From a phage, in the sequence record PZ445517.1: a DNA stretch of 64,000 nt; one strand, 5' to 3'. The notes beneath the pieces are model-generated. The model ran no database searches and had not been told where the DNA came from. It saw nothing but the letters and a program-made list of their open reading frames with translations. Shown here one piece after another: positions 18,753 to 27,814 of the stretch (position 1 is its first letter; each line of letters begins with the position of its first letter). The translations under genes and the position numbers were made by a program.

Positions 18753-19640
18753 TTAAGATTTAAGTAAATCAACAATTTTAATTAATTTTTCACGCTCAGA
18801 TTTAGCTTTACTACTCAGTCCAGATAGTCTGAAAATTTCATCATCATATTGCTGAATAGAAATATTCAGCTCTTCAATCTGCTTATTAAAATAATCAATT
18901 TGTTCAGAATGTTTTTCGTTACTACGAACTGGTACAGGTTTTGTAGGCAATTTAGTTGAACTGGATTCATCCGGGCGATAAATTAAAATACAACTTGAAC
19001 CAATAGGGCATTTTGCACCAGATGAATATTCTAATGTTCCGGCTTCTTTTAAAACTTCAAAAGCTAAACAGAGATGATGACCCATATTGACATAATCTGT
19101 AGAGCGAGCTCTGATGTAATAATCATCTCCGCGAATACTAAATTTAAAGCATTTAAGGTCTTCTGTATTATTGGTCTTAAAAATCATTTGTTTATCTAGA
19201 CCTTTAGCTAATCGAGCGCCTAATGCTAATAATCGTCGTTGATTTTCCCACAAATCCGCAATCATTTGATCAAATGATAATTTCGGCATTAGTCGACCAT
19301 AAAGGTCGTATCCTTTATTATAATTGCGAAGGATTTCACTCGCATTAATACGAGACAATGCTCCAATTTTATTAAGGGCTTTCATGATGCGATTAGATAA
19401 ACCCATTCCAGACCCGTTTGTTCGTTGTAAATGTTTATCTAATCCAAACCCAATATCAACTTTAAATTTATCTAAAATTTCAGCATGAACATCTCTGTCA
19501 ATAACATTCAAATCCAAAGTTGGGTTAAATCTATGAAAAAATTTATCTGGCTCTCCACGACGAAGTACAGTCCATTCATTCAATTTTTTATTAACTAAAG
19601 ATTTAATTACTGCATTGACATTATTAATTACGACTGACAT
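18753..19640 (-). CDS. hypothetical protein, paralog family member D (C-terminal coiled coil)
   Basis: track start is TTG; trimmed to ATG at 19638-19640 with GAGGA SD. Confidence 0.55.
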   Translation of the reverse strand: MSVVINNVNAVIKSLVNKKLNEWTVLRRGEPDKFFHRFNPTLDLNVIDRDVHAEILDKFKVDIGFGLDKHLQRTNGSGMGLSNRIMKALNKIGALSRINASEILRNYNKGYDLYGRLMPKLSFDQMIADLWENQRRLLALGARLAKGLDKQMIFKTNNTEDLKCFKFSIRGDDYYIRARSTDYVNMGHHLCLAFEVLKEAGTLEYSSGAKCPIGSSCILIYRPDESSSTKLPTKPVPVRSNEKHSEQIDYFNKQIEELNISIQQYDDEIFRLSGLSSKAKSEREKLIKIVDLLKS

Positions 19641-19694
19641 ATTTTCCTCACTCAATTTCAATTTTACTAAATACGCAGAATATGATGGAAAAGA

Positions 19695-20057
19695 CTATAT
19701 AAGCACCACACACACAGATTGAACTAATACCATTCCAAAGAACCAAACAATATTATCAAACAATGTCTGTTTTACGTCGAAAGGACGTAAACTTACAGTA
19801 ATATTATCGCCTTTTTCTATTGATGAATACATCTCTGGGGAAATATATTCGCTAAATCTATAACCGTCATTGAGTTCATATACAGCAATAAACGATAAAC
19901 TAGATCCCTTTCCTTGAGTTCCTGTAAGGGTATTAACTACAGTAACATCATAATCTTTATAATGCATATAATCATTAATTGCGTAATAACCATATGCAAT
20001 TACTATACATAAACAACATATCAATAAATTCAATCTTTTAATTATCAACTGTTTCAT
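19695..20057 (-). CDS. membrane-anchored or secreted protein (120 aa)
   Basis: N-terminal hydrophobic segment LICCLCIVIAYGYYAI, second at C-terminus. Confidence 0.5.
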   Translation of the reverse strand: MKQLIIKRLNLLICCLCIVIAYGYYAINDYMHYKDYDVTVVNTLTGTQGKGSSLSFIAVYELNDGYRFSEYISPEMYSSIEKGDNITVSLRPFDVKQTLFDNIVWFFGMVLVQSVCVVLI

Positions 20058-20112
20058 AATAATCTCAGTTAAAAGGGCTTAGAACCATTATACCATCCTT
20101 GGTATAAAGCGG

Positions 20113-20640
20113 TTATGCGAGTACCGTCTTTAACCGTTCTTCAAACTTCCGAAGAGTATTCTGGCGTTCAGCTCTTTGCTTTTTGTAAGTTTCAATACGC
20201 TCTGAAATGAGAGTGTATCGTTCATTTACTGATTCTTTCATAAAATCAGGAATTTCACGAGAAGATTTAATCTCGTCAAATTTATCAATAACAGCTTGCT
20301 CTTCAGCAATTAAGTTATCATACATCAAAATATCTTTCTTGATGAACTCAATATCTTCTTGAGTTACACGAGATAATTTAGATGCTTTATCCTTTTTGTA
20401 CTGTTCATTAGTATCACGAGACCAGTGTAATGTACGATTTTTATTCGTATTTTTGTAAATTTCTACAATACCGATCTCATCAATAATAACGATCCAATTC
20501 CAACGAGATTTGTAAATTTGTCCTCCATCAACCGTGATTTCACCTCCGATTGAGATGTCATTAAAGAACTTGCTTTGTGCTTCAGATTTAAATTTACCAT
20601 CATTGTAGTTTACCAAGTTGAAAATATCTTTAGCATTCAT
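20113..20640 (-). CDS. hypothetical protein (175 aa)
   Basis: trimmed to ATG at 20638-20640 (MNAKDIFNLVNY) with GGAGG SD; track extension is promoter translation. Confidence 0.55.
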   Translation of the reverse strand: MNAKDIFNLVNYNDGKFKSEAQSKFFNDISIGGEITVDGGQIYKSRWNWIVIIDEIGIVEIYKNTNKNRTLHWSRDTNEQYKKDKASKLSRVTQEDIEFIKKDILMYDNLIAEEQAVIDKFDEIKSSREIPDFMKESVNERYTLISERIETYKKQRAERQNTLRKFEERLKTVLA

Positions 20641-20664
20641 TTTCTGTTCCTCCGTAGTTGATAG

Positions 20665-20700
20665 TTGTATAGTACCACAGAGGAACGGTCTTGTAAACAA
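20665..20700 (-). promoter_or_regulatory. T4-type early promoter
   Basis: minus strand GTTTACA - 17 nt - TACTAT; 21-bp core shared with promoters at 22105, 25676 and 36935. Confidence 0.55.
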
Positions 20701-21015
20701 CTAAAAGAAACTTCTTTCACAATTTTTTCCACTGAACCACGCGCTCACTGCTTTCTTAGTCTCAGGAGCAGTGTTATCCATAAACCATTCAAAGGCAGCC
20801 TTTTTATGATTCTGGAGAGCTTCTCGGGCTTTAATCTGCTCACGGTCTATTAACACTAACATATGAGCCTTTCTTGTCACCAAGGGCTTCTTATGATTCT
20901 TGGAGTATTCCCAGTCATTTGTCCAACGCATTGTCGTTGCGAACTGAAATACTGCTTCTTTAATTTTAATTTCGTAAATTTCACGAGCCTTTGAGTATAA
21001 CATCATTACCTCCAT
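20701..21015 (-). CDS. hypothetical protein (104 aa)
   Basis: track ORF. Confidence 0.5.
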   Translation of the reverse strand: MEVMMLYSKAREIYEIKIKEAVFQFATTMRWTNDWEYSKNHKKPLVTRKAHMLVLIDREQIKAREALQNHKKAAFEWFMDNTAPETKKAVSAWFSGKNCERSFF

Positions 21016-21104
21016 TTACCAGTTTAATTCTAGTCATCTTTTTGATGGCAGTCCATATAATCTATTTCTGAACTGCCTTTTTGTCATAGAAGGCCTCTTA
21101 TGAA

Positions 21105-22073
21105 TTATTTCAGAAGAGTAACCTCAGCAATTTCTTCCCAACCATTTTTGTCGGTCATAATAAAGTCAGCAAGATAAAGAGCAGTACGCAGTGAAACATT
21201 GCGTAAACGATTAACATTGACTTTCATCCATGATAATGCTTTATAAGTTTCTTCATCAGAAAGACCGCGCTTTTGCATCATGTCAGTTGAAAGAATAACA
21301 TCTTCAACCCTGACCATAATTTCTTCATTAGTGTGAACACCCAAATCCAAATAAACCGAGCGGGACACTAATGCTTGTAAGTGTGGGGCAAGTTTAGTAC
21401 CACGGTCTAATTCGCGGTCAATGTCAACGTTTGTGATAAAAACAATCGTTCCTTTAAATTCAAACTCACGCTCAATGCCTTTTTCTTCTAAGTAAGAAGA
21501 TGCAGTGCTCCAGCAGACTTTACGGGTCTCTCCAGTGTCCAGAGCAGCTTTCAGAAGATTAAGAATGTCCATATCAGAGAAAACATCCACATCATCAATC
21601 AAAAGGACAGAATTCTCTTCACGATTATTCCAAAGCTGCTCATAAAGACCAATACCAGAGATTTTACCATTAATGCTTTTATATTCAATGTATCCATTAT
21701 CATTTGCTTTATTTAAAGCTTTATCTAAAGAATACGTTTTACCAATACCTGCTGCGCCAGAGATAATTAATGAACGAATATTTCCATTAATAATACCATT
21801 CGTCATCATTCCCATAACATTAAATCTTTTATTAATGCGGGTTTTCATATCTTCATATGATTCTTTAACTTCTTCAACTTTTACACCATCATATGAAATA
21901 TCTGATTTGTAAACCCAAACACCACGACGTTTACCGTCAATTTCAACAAAAACTTTACCATCTCCTTGTGCATCTACCGGAGCATTATCTGGGAACCATT
22001 CGCCTAAGAGCTCAAAAGTTCCAGAGATTTCTTTACCGAAGTAGATACCCTTATTGATAGTTACAGTTTTCAT
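21105..22073 (-). CDS. P-loop NTPase
   Basis: Walker A SGAAGIGKTYS and Walker B-like LLIDDVD; trimmed to ATG with GGAG SD. Confidence 0.6.
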   Translation of the reverse strand: MKTVTINKGIYFGKEISGTFELLGEWFPDNAPVDAQGDGKVFVEIDGKRRGVWVYKSDISYDGVKVEEVKESYEDMKTRINKRFNVMGMMTNGIINGNIRSLIISGAAGIGKTYSLDKALNKANDNGYIEYKSINGKISGIGLYEQLWNNREENSVLLIDDVDVFSDMDILNLLKAALDTGETRKVCWSTASSYLEEKGIEREFEFKGTIVFITNVDIDRELDRGTKLAPHLQALVSRSVYLDLGVHTNEEIMVRVEDVILSTDMMQKRGLSDEETYKALSWMKVNVNRLRNVSLRTALYLADFIMTDKNGWEEIAEVTLLK

Positions 22074-22104
22074 TTTATTCTCCAAATCTGTATCAGTTGA
22101 TAGT

Positions 22105-22140
22105 TGTATAGTACCATAAAGCTTTATGCTTGTAAACAGT
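22105..22140 (-). promoter_or_regulatory. T4-type early promoter
   Basis: minus strand GTTTACA - 17 nt - TACTAT. Confidence 0.55.
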
Positions 22141-22165
22141 TTTGTGAAAAAATTTTGAAATAAAA

Positions 22166-22187
22166 AAGGGAGCCCGAAGGCTCCCTA
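22166..22187 (-). terminator. intrinsic terminator (GGGAGCC-UUCG-GGCUCCC + U-run)
   Basis: plus gggagcccgaaggctccc directly after the stop of ORF 22188-23201; U-rich tail on minus strand. Confidence 0.55.
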
Positions 22188-23201
22188 TCATTTATAATAA
22201 CTTCGGTGGTTTTCAAGATAAACCCTCTCAAGGAAGTCATCCCAGAAACCCATGTCTACTTTTTGCTGCATACCGTTTTTAGAAGCTTCAATGGATGCTG
22301 CTTCTACTTGATCGACAACATCTTCCAAAAACTCTTGAACCGTTTTAAATGGATGTTTACCCAACTTCACGTCGAGAATAAATGGAGCATCTTGGAGTGG
22401 ATAAACCAAGTCACCAGTTTTGTAAATTTCCAATAGTTGGAGCCCGCCACGGCAAGCATGACTTAGAGCTTTCCAATCAATGCCTTCATTCGCTTCAGCT
22501 TTACGAGCGCGTTCACCATATTCAGCATCAAGTTTATTCAAAGACTGCTTAAGCTCAATAAGAGAAAGCGTTGTCTGATATTTACGACCCAACACAGTAT
22601 AGAACGTTTGCGGGCCTGTTTTCTCATGATTATGGAATACCCATTCGCAGAATTCGTTTTCTGGAAGACGGTGTTTAATATCTGCAATTTTAGTACGACG
22701 TTGTCCTTGTGTTCCATCTTCTCGGTAATCAACCCACTGATCGGGGATTTGATTAACTACTTTCAATACATCACGCAATGCGGCCAAACGAGAACCCTTA
22801 ACACCATATTTAGAAGCTTGCTTGCGGACATATCCTAAATAGGATTTCATGTTAGTCGTATAAAAACGAGAACGATTGTCTTGGATAAATTTCCACACAT
22901 CAGGTAAATCAGATTTAACCACTAGTTCAGGTGGAGTGTGAAGCATATCCAATGCTACAGTTTCACCATCTGCTGCTAATTTAAAGAAATACTTAAGACT
23001 GTATAGTTCATGGTCAATATCATCTTTAGTGTTTTTAGATGATGTGTTGTTAGTGTTTTTACTCATATGCTCTTTAACATTTCCGATAAGAATATCGCGA
23101 GCAGGAGGAACAAAGATTTCTTTAAAATCCACATCAGATTCTGGAGTAGAAGTTCCATAAAGATGACTACCAAAATAGCTTTTCATTACTGTTTTCATCA
23201 T
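22188..23201 (-). CDS. nucleotidyltransferase-fold protein (Pol-beta-like NTase motif)
   Basis: GSHLYGTSTPESDVDF matches the GS...D.D NTase signature; 337 aa; ATG verified. Confidence 0.6.
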   Translation of the reverse strand: MMKTVMKSYFGSHLYGTSTPESDVDFKEIFVPPARDILIGNVKEHMSKNTNNTSSKNTKDDIDHELYSLKYFFKLAADGETVALDMLHTPPELVVKSDLPDVWKFIQDNRSRFYTTNMKSYLGYVRKQASKYGVKGSRLAALRDVLKVVNQIPDQWVDYREDGTQGQRRTKIADIKHRLPENEFCEWVFHNHEKTGPQTFYTVLGRKYQTTLSLIELKQSLNKLDAEYGERARKAEANEGIDWKALSHACRGGLQLLEIYKTGDLVYPLQDAPFILDVKLGKHPFKTVQEFLEDVVDQVEAASIEASKNGMQQKVDMGFWDDFLERVYLENHRSYYK

Positions 23202-23659
23202 TCAGCCTTATATTCAATAACAGGACATACTTTAGCTTTACGAGCTTTTAAAAATTCGACGATAATAGACTTCTTGGGTTGAATAGGAGGTAAACCTTTA
23301 TACGCCCTATCAATATTTTCTACATGTAAAGCATAATCCTTTTTCCATTTATAATCTTTATATTTTTCATGCAGTTGTGCAGGAATAACAAATGAACCAA
23401 TAATAAGTAAAACAAGCAAAATGGCAAGTATAAATGCTGATGGAATAAGAGTCCATAAACTACTAAAAATAAGCCAACGTTGTAAACTTTCTGCGCAGAT
23501 AATAGTTAGACCTGCGAGTATAGTACATCCAAAAACAGAAACGAAGAATGTAGGAATGGCAATAGACCAAAAATATGCACACAGTGTCTTAGGTCGTTTC
23601 CATTCATCATTAAACATTTTGAATAATTTATAATGCCAAGAGCTTTCATTAATAATCAT
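23198..23659 (-). CDS. integral membrane protein (153 aa)
   Basis: several hydrophobic helices; ATG verified. Confidence 0.5.
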   Translation of the reverse strand: MIINESSWHYKLFKMFNDEWKRPKTLCAYFWSIAIPTFFVSVFGCTILAGLTIICAESLQRWLIFSSLWTLIPSAFILAILLVLLIIGSFVIPAQLHEKYKDYKWKKDYALHVENIDRAYKGLPPIQPKKSIIVEFLKARKAKVCPVIEYKAE

Positions 23660-23661
23660 AA

Positions 23662-24183
23662 TTATCCTTTCATTGAAGGTGTAACAGTTGTTAAATACTT
23701 AATCATAGCTTCAGCTTCTGATTTTGATAATGAAATTTCTCCATTGTTTTGACGAATAGAAATAAAATCAGGGTGACGGTCACCACCAGCTTTCAAAACA
23801 CACATATAGGTATCAGTTTCATCTTCAATATTTGAAATGATTGAAGCAGTTCCGCATGAATGCGGTTTTTGATAAATCAATACAGCTTTTCTTCCGCCAT
23901 TTGACTGTTCATAAACTTTTAATACATCAAACAAATCACTTCTTTTATCAATAGCTAAAATGTTATTTTCATCTTCAATGTTAAATCCTTCGGATACTTC
24001 ATAAAGTGTCACCCATAAATCGTCAATATCAATAACAGCGTTCACTTTTCCATGACTTTCAAGAGCATGACAAATTTTCTTGATTTCGTCATAACTCATT
24101 TTAATAATATCATCTCCTTGAATAAGGAAGATGTCATTTTTAAATTCAACACGAATTAAACCGCTTCCACTTGAAATAAACAT
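23662..24183 (-). CDS. hypothetical protein (173 aa), paralog of 24190-24735
   Basis: C-terminus EAEAMIKYLTTVTPSMKG resembles EAIALKTYLDSVIPTMISK in neighbour. Confidence 0.5.
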   Translation of the reverse strand: MFISSGSGLIRVEFKNDIFLIQGDDIIKMSYDEIKKICHALESHGKVNAVIDIDDLWVTLYEVSEGFNIEDENNILAIDKRSDLFDVLKVYEQSNGGRKAVLIYQKPHSCGTASIISNIEDETDTYMCVLKAGGDRHPDFISIRQNNGEISLSKSEAEAMIKYLTTVTPSMKG

Positions 24184-24189
24184 ATTTCC

Positions 24190-24735
24190 TCACTTTGAAA
24201 TCATAGTTGGAATGACAGAATCAAGATAAGTCTTTAGCGCAATAGCTTCGTCTTTGGTAAATGTAACAATATGTGATCGAAAATCGTCAATTTGGCGAAT
24301 AGTTAAGACATCTCCCTCTTCATAACATTTTGATACATTTAAAAGAGTTTCATCATTCTGATTGCAAGCGTTAGTAATAATAGCATTGCAATTTTTGAGC
24401 CATTTTAAACTATGTTTTCTTTCATTAGAATAATAAAAATATTTAATCTTATCTATAAAACTATCCCAATGGATAACTGATAAGCATATTGACTCGCTTT
24501 CAATATTAAATCCTGGGCATGAAGAATAAAAATGAATTTTATGCTCATCATTAATGCTTACAATTTTATCAGTATAAGGATTTTCAATTTTGGTTAAATG
24601 AATGATTTCACTAGGCGTAAAATACAGCATATCGTCTTCTTGTGTCAAACGATACATATTATTTACTTTTTCTATAGCCAATTCACCAAAAAGTGAACTA
24701 ACTTCTAATACTAATCGTTTCGCCGCTACCGTCAT
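24190..24735 (-). CDS. hypothetical protein (181 aa), paralog of 23662-24183
   Basis: shared C-terminal motif with neighbour; ATG verified. Confidence 0.5.
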   Translation of the reverse strand: MTVAAKRLVLEVSSLFGELAIEKVNNMYRLTQEDDMLYFTPSEIIHLTKIENPYTDKIVSINDEHKIHFYSSCPGFNIESESICLSVIHWDSFIDKIKYFYYSNERKHSLKWLKNCNAIITNACNQNDETLLNVSKCYEEGDVLTIRQIDDFRSHIVTFTKDEAIALKTYLDSVIPTMISK

Positions 24736-24865
24736 TACATACTCCTCTGAATCATATCAATAATGTTGTTCACCAGATTATAAGTAAACATTGGGTAATT
24801 ATATTGAATCACCACATACACAACAAACAAAACTTTCATTCTCTTCTCCTTGGCAGTTGACAAGA

Positions 24866-24900
24866 TTACTATACCATAACCTTGCCAACTTGTAAACCAT
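24866..24900 (-). promoter_or_regulatory. T4-type early promoter
   Basis: minus strand GTTTACA - 17 nt - TATAGT. Confidence 0.55.
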
Positions 24901-25062
24901 TAAATGACGTTTTCGATAAAATTCTGAAGCTTTGTATGAGCATCAACCATGATTTTCATTTCTTCCTTTGCGAAAGCTGTACCTCTTTCACGAGAAGAAC
25001 ATTCATAGTCAGAAACTGCATTAGCATATTCTTCAATTAGCTTCATTAAAAACATCTGCTTT

Positions 25063-25257
25063 TCAGTTTTCATTATTCCACCTAATCATTTCAAGATATT
25101 GAACTAACTTAGCTTTGGATTTATCCAAATCCTTTTTAGCTGCTTCTATACCGTCGTATGAATATCCTTCACAATGCTCAACTGCTAATTGATATGAATC
25201 TATTTCAATATCACGTGCTAATTTAATGATTTTTTCAAACTGTTCGCGTGTTAGCAT
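25063..25257 (-). CDS. small helical protein (64 aa)
   Basis: track ORF; same small-protein family as 25260-25463, 27274-27462, 27459-27644. Confidence 0.4.
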   Translation of the reverse strand: MLTREQFEKIIKLARDIEIDSYQLAVEHCEGYSYDGIEAAKKDLDKSKAKLVQYLEMIRWNNEN

Positions 25258-25259
25258 AC

Positions 25260-25463
25260 TTAAACTCTCGTATTATGATCGATAATTTCATCAAGAAACA
25301 TATCTAACGCTTCTACAGCATTATTAACTTTATCTTCAAGTTCTTCAATACTTTTATTTGCAATGCCTGACGAAAACCAAGCAAAGTCACTAAGTTCCTC
25401 ATCTGCTTTACGAATTAAAGCTACCAATTCCTTAATTTTATCCGCTTGTTCGATACTAATCAT
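25260..25463 (-). CDS. small helical protein
   Basis: trimmed to ATG at 25461-25463 ([13 protein letters not shown]) overlapping the upstream stop. Confidence 0.4.
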   Translation of the reverse strand: MISIEQADKIKELVALIRKADEELSDFAWFSSGIANKSIEELEDKVNNAVEALDMFLDEIIDHNTRV

Positions 25464-25651
25464 TATTCCACCACATATGAAAGAGAGAATATTGCACACG
25501 CCATGTGAGTTGCAACTTCATCACACATATTATAACGTTTCTTAAGAAATTCTACAAGTTCTTCACTAGTAACTTCATCCATGTCGACGAAAAAATCACC
25601 ATTAATGATGACGTAGATATTTCCTTCTTGATTAAGTGCTTCAATTTTCAT
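25463..25651 (-). CDS. hypothetical protein (62 aa)
   Basis: trimmed to ATG at 25649-25651 ([13 protein letters not shown]); track extension is promoter translation. Confidence 0.45.
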   Translation of the reverse strand: MKIEALNQEGNIYVIINGDFFVDMDEVTSEELVEFLKKRYNMCDEVATHMACAIFSLSYVVE

Positions 25652-25675
25652 GATGTTCTCCTCTTTATCCGATAG

Positions 25676-25712
25676 TTGTATAGTACCACAGCTCAAACGG
25701 AAAGTAAACCGG
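25676..25712 (-). promoter_or_regulatory. T4-type early promoter
   Basis: minus strand GTTTACT - 17 nt - TACTAT. Confidence 0.55.
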
Positions 25713-25722
25713 TAAAATGAAA

Positions 25723-25744
25723 AAAGTCTCCCGAAGGAGACTAA
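25723..25744 (-). terminator. intrinsic terminator (UCUCC-UUCG-GGAGA + U-run)
   Basis: plus agtctcccgaaggagact after the stop of ORF 25747-26133. Confidence 0.5.
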
Positions 25745-25746
25745 TG

Positions 25747-26133
25747 TTATTCGAGGGAAAGAAGATACTTACTCTGGTAAAACATTCCAGTAATATCATC
25801 TATCGTGCTTTGGATGGCTGGAGGCATTTCTTTATAAATGCTGTTAGATTGGTCTAGTATGTGATCAATCATTTTAATTGTGTCGGTAGGAAGTTTACTG
25901 GCATCTGGAATTGAAGGTGTGTATTTTCTACCAGAATACCCCAAATATTGCTCACCAAATTTATCAATCAAATCTGGCAACTCGGAGAAAATAAAATCGT
26001 ATGCTTTGTGTCTAGCATAACTTTTAGTTTCAAAATGTGCAGAATGAAAATAAGCTTGTGCAGCCATTAATAAACCTAAGTATTCATCTGCCTTTGAAGG
26101 TTTTCCACTTTGTGAAAAGTCGCTGAATTTCAT
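25747..26133 (-). CDS. hypothetical protein (rI.-1 position)
   Basis: 128 aa; immediately downstream of rI; ATG verified. Confidence 0.55.
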   Translation of the reverse strand: MKFSDFSQSGKPSKADEYLGLLMAAQAYFHSAHFETKSYARHKAYDFIFSELPDLIDKFGEQYLGYSGRKYTPSIPDASKLPTDTIKMIDHILDQSNSIYKEMPPAIQSTIDDITGMFYQSKYLLSLE

Positions 26134-26423
26134 TCAGTCTCCAATTTAATGTTCATAATTCTAGCGTATGATTGTGCCATCTCCGCGCCTCGCTCTATAC
26201 ATTCAAAATCAGAAGAGCACGGGTCATTTTTATAGGTCGTTCTCATAAAACTATAGAATTGTTCAGACGATTCTACGCTTTTATTTTCAAAAAGCATATA
26301 AACGTGCCTAATACCAGATTCCATAAATTTATCAAAATGAGGATCGACATTCGCTTCAATCGGTGGAGATAAAACAAATGACAATCCTAGCATGGCAAAT
26401 AGTGCCGTTGCTTTTAAGGCCAT
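26130..26423 (-). CDS. rI: RI lysis-inhibition regulator (periplasmic antiholin)
   Basis: 97 aa; signal-anchor N-terminus; near-identical to my recall of T4 RI. Confidence 0.93.
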   Translation of the reverse strand: MALKATALFAMLGLSFVLSPPIEANVDPHFDKFMESGIRHVYMLFENKSVESSEQFYSFMRTTYKNDPCSSDFECIERGAEMAQSYARIMNIKLETE

Positions 26424-26435
26424 AAAGGCCTCCTA

Positions 26436-26648
26436 TCATTTTTGTCCTGTATTTACTTTATGCCGATGCACGGCCTTAACTTTATCAAGGTATTTTTCAA
26501 AATTTCGCAATCTAGTATAGTCTGCCGGAGATTGGTTGAGTGATACTTCTCGACGCAAAGCTGAAATGATATTTCCAACTTCCCTACGAATTTCATCTAA
26601 TTGAAGCACAGTAAGATTGCGAAGTTGCTTTTCAGTTAATTGTAGCAT
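26436..26648 (-). CDS. hypothetical protein (70 aa)
   Basis: track ORF; ATG verified. Confidence 0.5.
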
Positions 26649-26690
26649 ATATACCCCTTTAGTTAGATAAACCTATTTATAACTTTTGCA

Positions 26691-27272
26691 CTAACCGAGC
26701 TTTTTAGTTAATTCATTCCAATGTTTTCTACACAAAGAAACATAAATTTCATCACCAATACAGATTTGATTACCTTCTTTAACTGGTGATCCATCTTCCA
26801 TTAATCGAGCTGTCATAATCGCTTTTTTACCACAATGACAAACTGCCTTTAGTTCAATAAGTTTATCTGCAATCGCTAAAAGTTCTTTAGAACCTTCAAA
26901 TAATTTTCCAGCGAAATCAGTCCTTAGCCCATAAGCCATAACAGGAACATTATATGTATCAACAATTCGGCTCAATTGATGCACCTGTTCAGTTTTTAAA
27001 AACTGAGCTTCATCTACAAATACGCAATGAATATCTTTTTGTGCTTCAGCCCATTTATAGAACTCGAAAATATCCATATCATCTGTAATAATATTCGCTT
27101 CCTGCTTAATTCCAATGCGAGAAACGACTTCACAGACAGAATCGCGAGTATCAATAGCAGGCTTAAGAACTAATACACTCATTCCACGTTCTTTATAATT
27201 ATGTGCAGCAGTCAAAAGAGAAGCAGATTTTCCAGCATTCATTGCTGCATAAGTAAAAATTAAACTCGCCAT
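26691..27272 (-). CDS. tk: thymidine kinase
   Basis: 193 aa; Walker A AMNAGKSASLL; C-terminal zinc cysteines; ATG verified. Confidence 0.95.
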   Translation of the reverse strand: MASLIFTYAAMNAGKSASLLTAAHNYKERGMSVLVLKPAIDTRDSVCEVVSRIGIKQEANIITDDMDIFEFYKWAEAQKDIHCVFVDEAQFLKTEQVHQLSRIVDTYNVPVMAYGLRTDFAGKLFEGSKELLAIADKLIELKAVCHCGKKAIMTARLMEDGSPVKEGNQICIGDEIYVSLCRKHWNELTKKLG

Positions 27273-27273
27273 T

Positions 27274-27462
27274 TTAGTCCTTAGTTAAATTTTCTAAATA
27301 TGTTTCTAAATCATTTTCAGCTTTATCGATAGATTTTACTAATTCGTAATATGTTTCGGCATCTCCATAATCAGAAGATAATTCAAAAGACAAATCCTTT
27401 TCTAAACTAATAATTTCACCAACTAAAAATAATATTTCGTTCTTTTGTTCGCGAGTAATCAT
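27274..27462 (-). CDS. small helical protein (62 aa)
   Basis: tandem paralog of 27459-27644 (shared EQK..L..L..EI pattern). Confidence 0.45.
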   Translation of the reverse strand: MITREQKNEILFLVGEIISLEKDLSFELSSDYGDAETYYELVKSIDKAENDLETYLENLTKD

Positions 27463-27644
27463 AAGGAATTTATATAATTAATAAGTTCTTGTTCTTTATT
27501 ATCGAATTCTTTAGAAAGTTCTTCGTACTCGTTTGCATTAAAAGGACCGCATTCATCACAAACTTTTTCCAATTCACTATTTTTATCCATAATTTCGTGG
27601 ATAAGAGAAAAGAGTTTGTCTTTTTGTTCTTTGCTTAGGCTCAT
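27459..27644 (-). CDS. small helical protein (61 aa)
   Basis: tandem paralog of 27274-27462; ATG verified. Confidence 0.45.
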   Translation of the reverse strand: MSLSKEQKDKLFSLIHEIMDKNSELEKVCDECGPFNANEYEELSKEFDNKEQELINYINSL

Positions 27645-27814
27645 ATATTAATTTCCAGAAGTTTTAAAATAATTCGCTTTTGCTTAAATATTTCCACAGT
27701 TAAATGATCAGTATCTTTTTGACCAATTCCAATGGCAAAACCTTTATTAACAGCGAGTTCAATTAAATTATCAAGTTCACGTAACACTTCATATTGTAAC
27801 TCAGAACTATTCAT
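27641..27814 (-). CDS. hypothetical protein (57 aa)
   Basis: manually translated MNSSELQYEVLRELDNLIELAVNKGF...; start and stop both in ATGA overlaps with neighbours. Confidence 0.35.
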   Translation of the reverse strand: MNSSELQYEVLRELDNLIELAVNKGFAIGIGQKDTDHLTVEIFKQKRIILKLLEINI

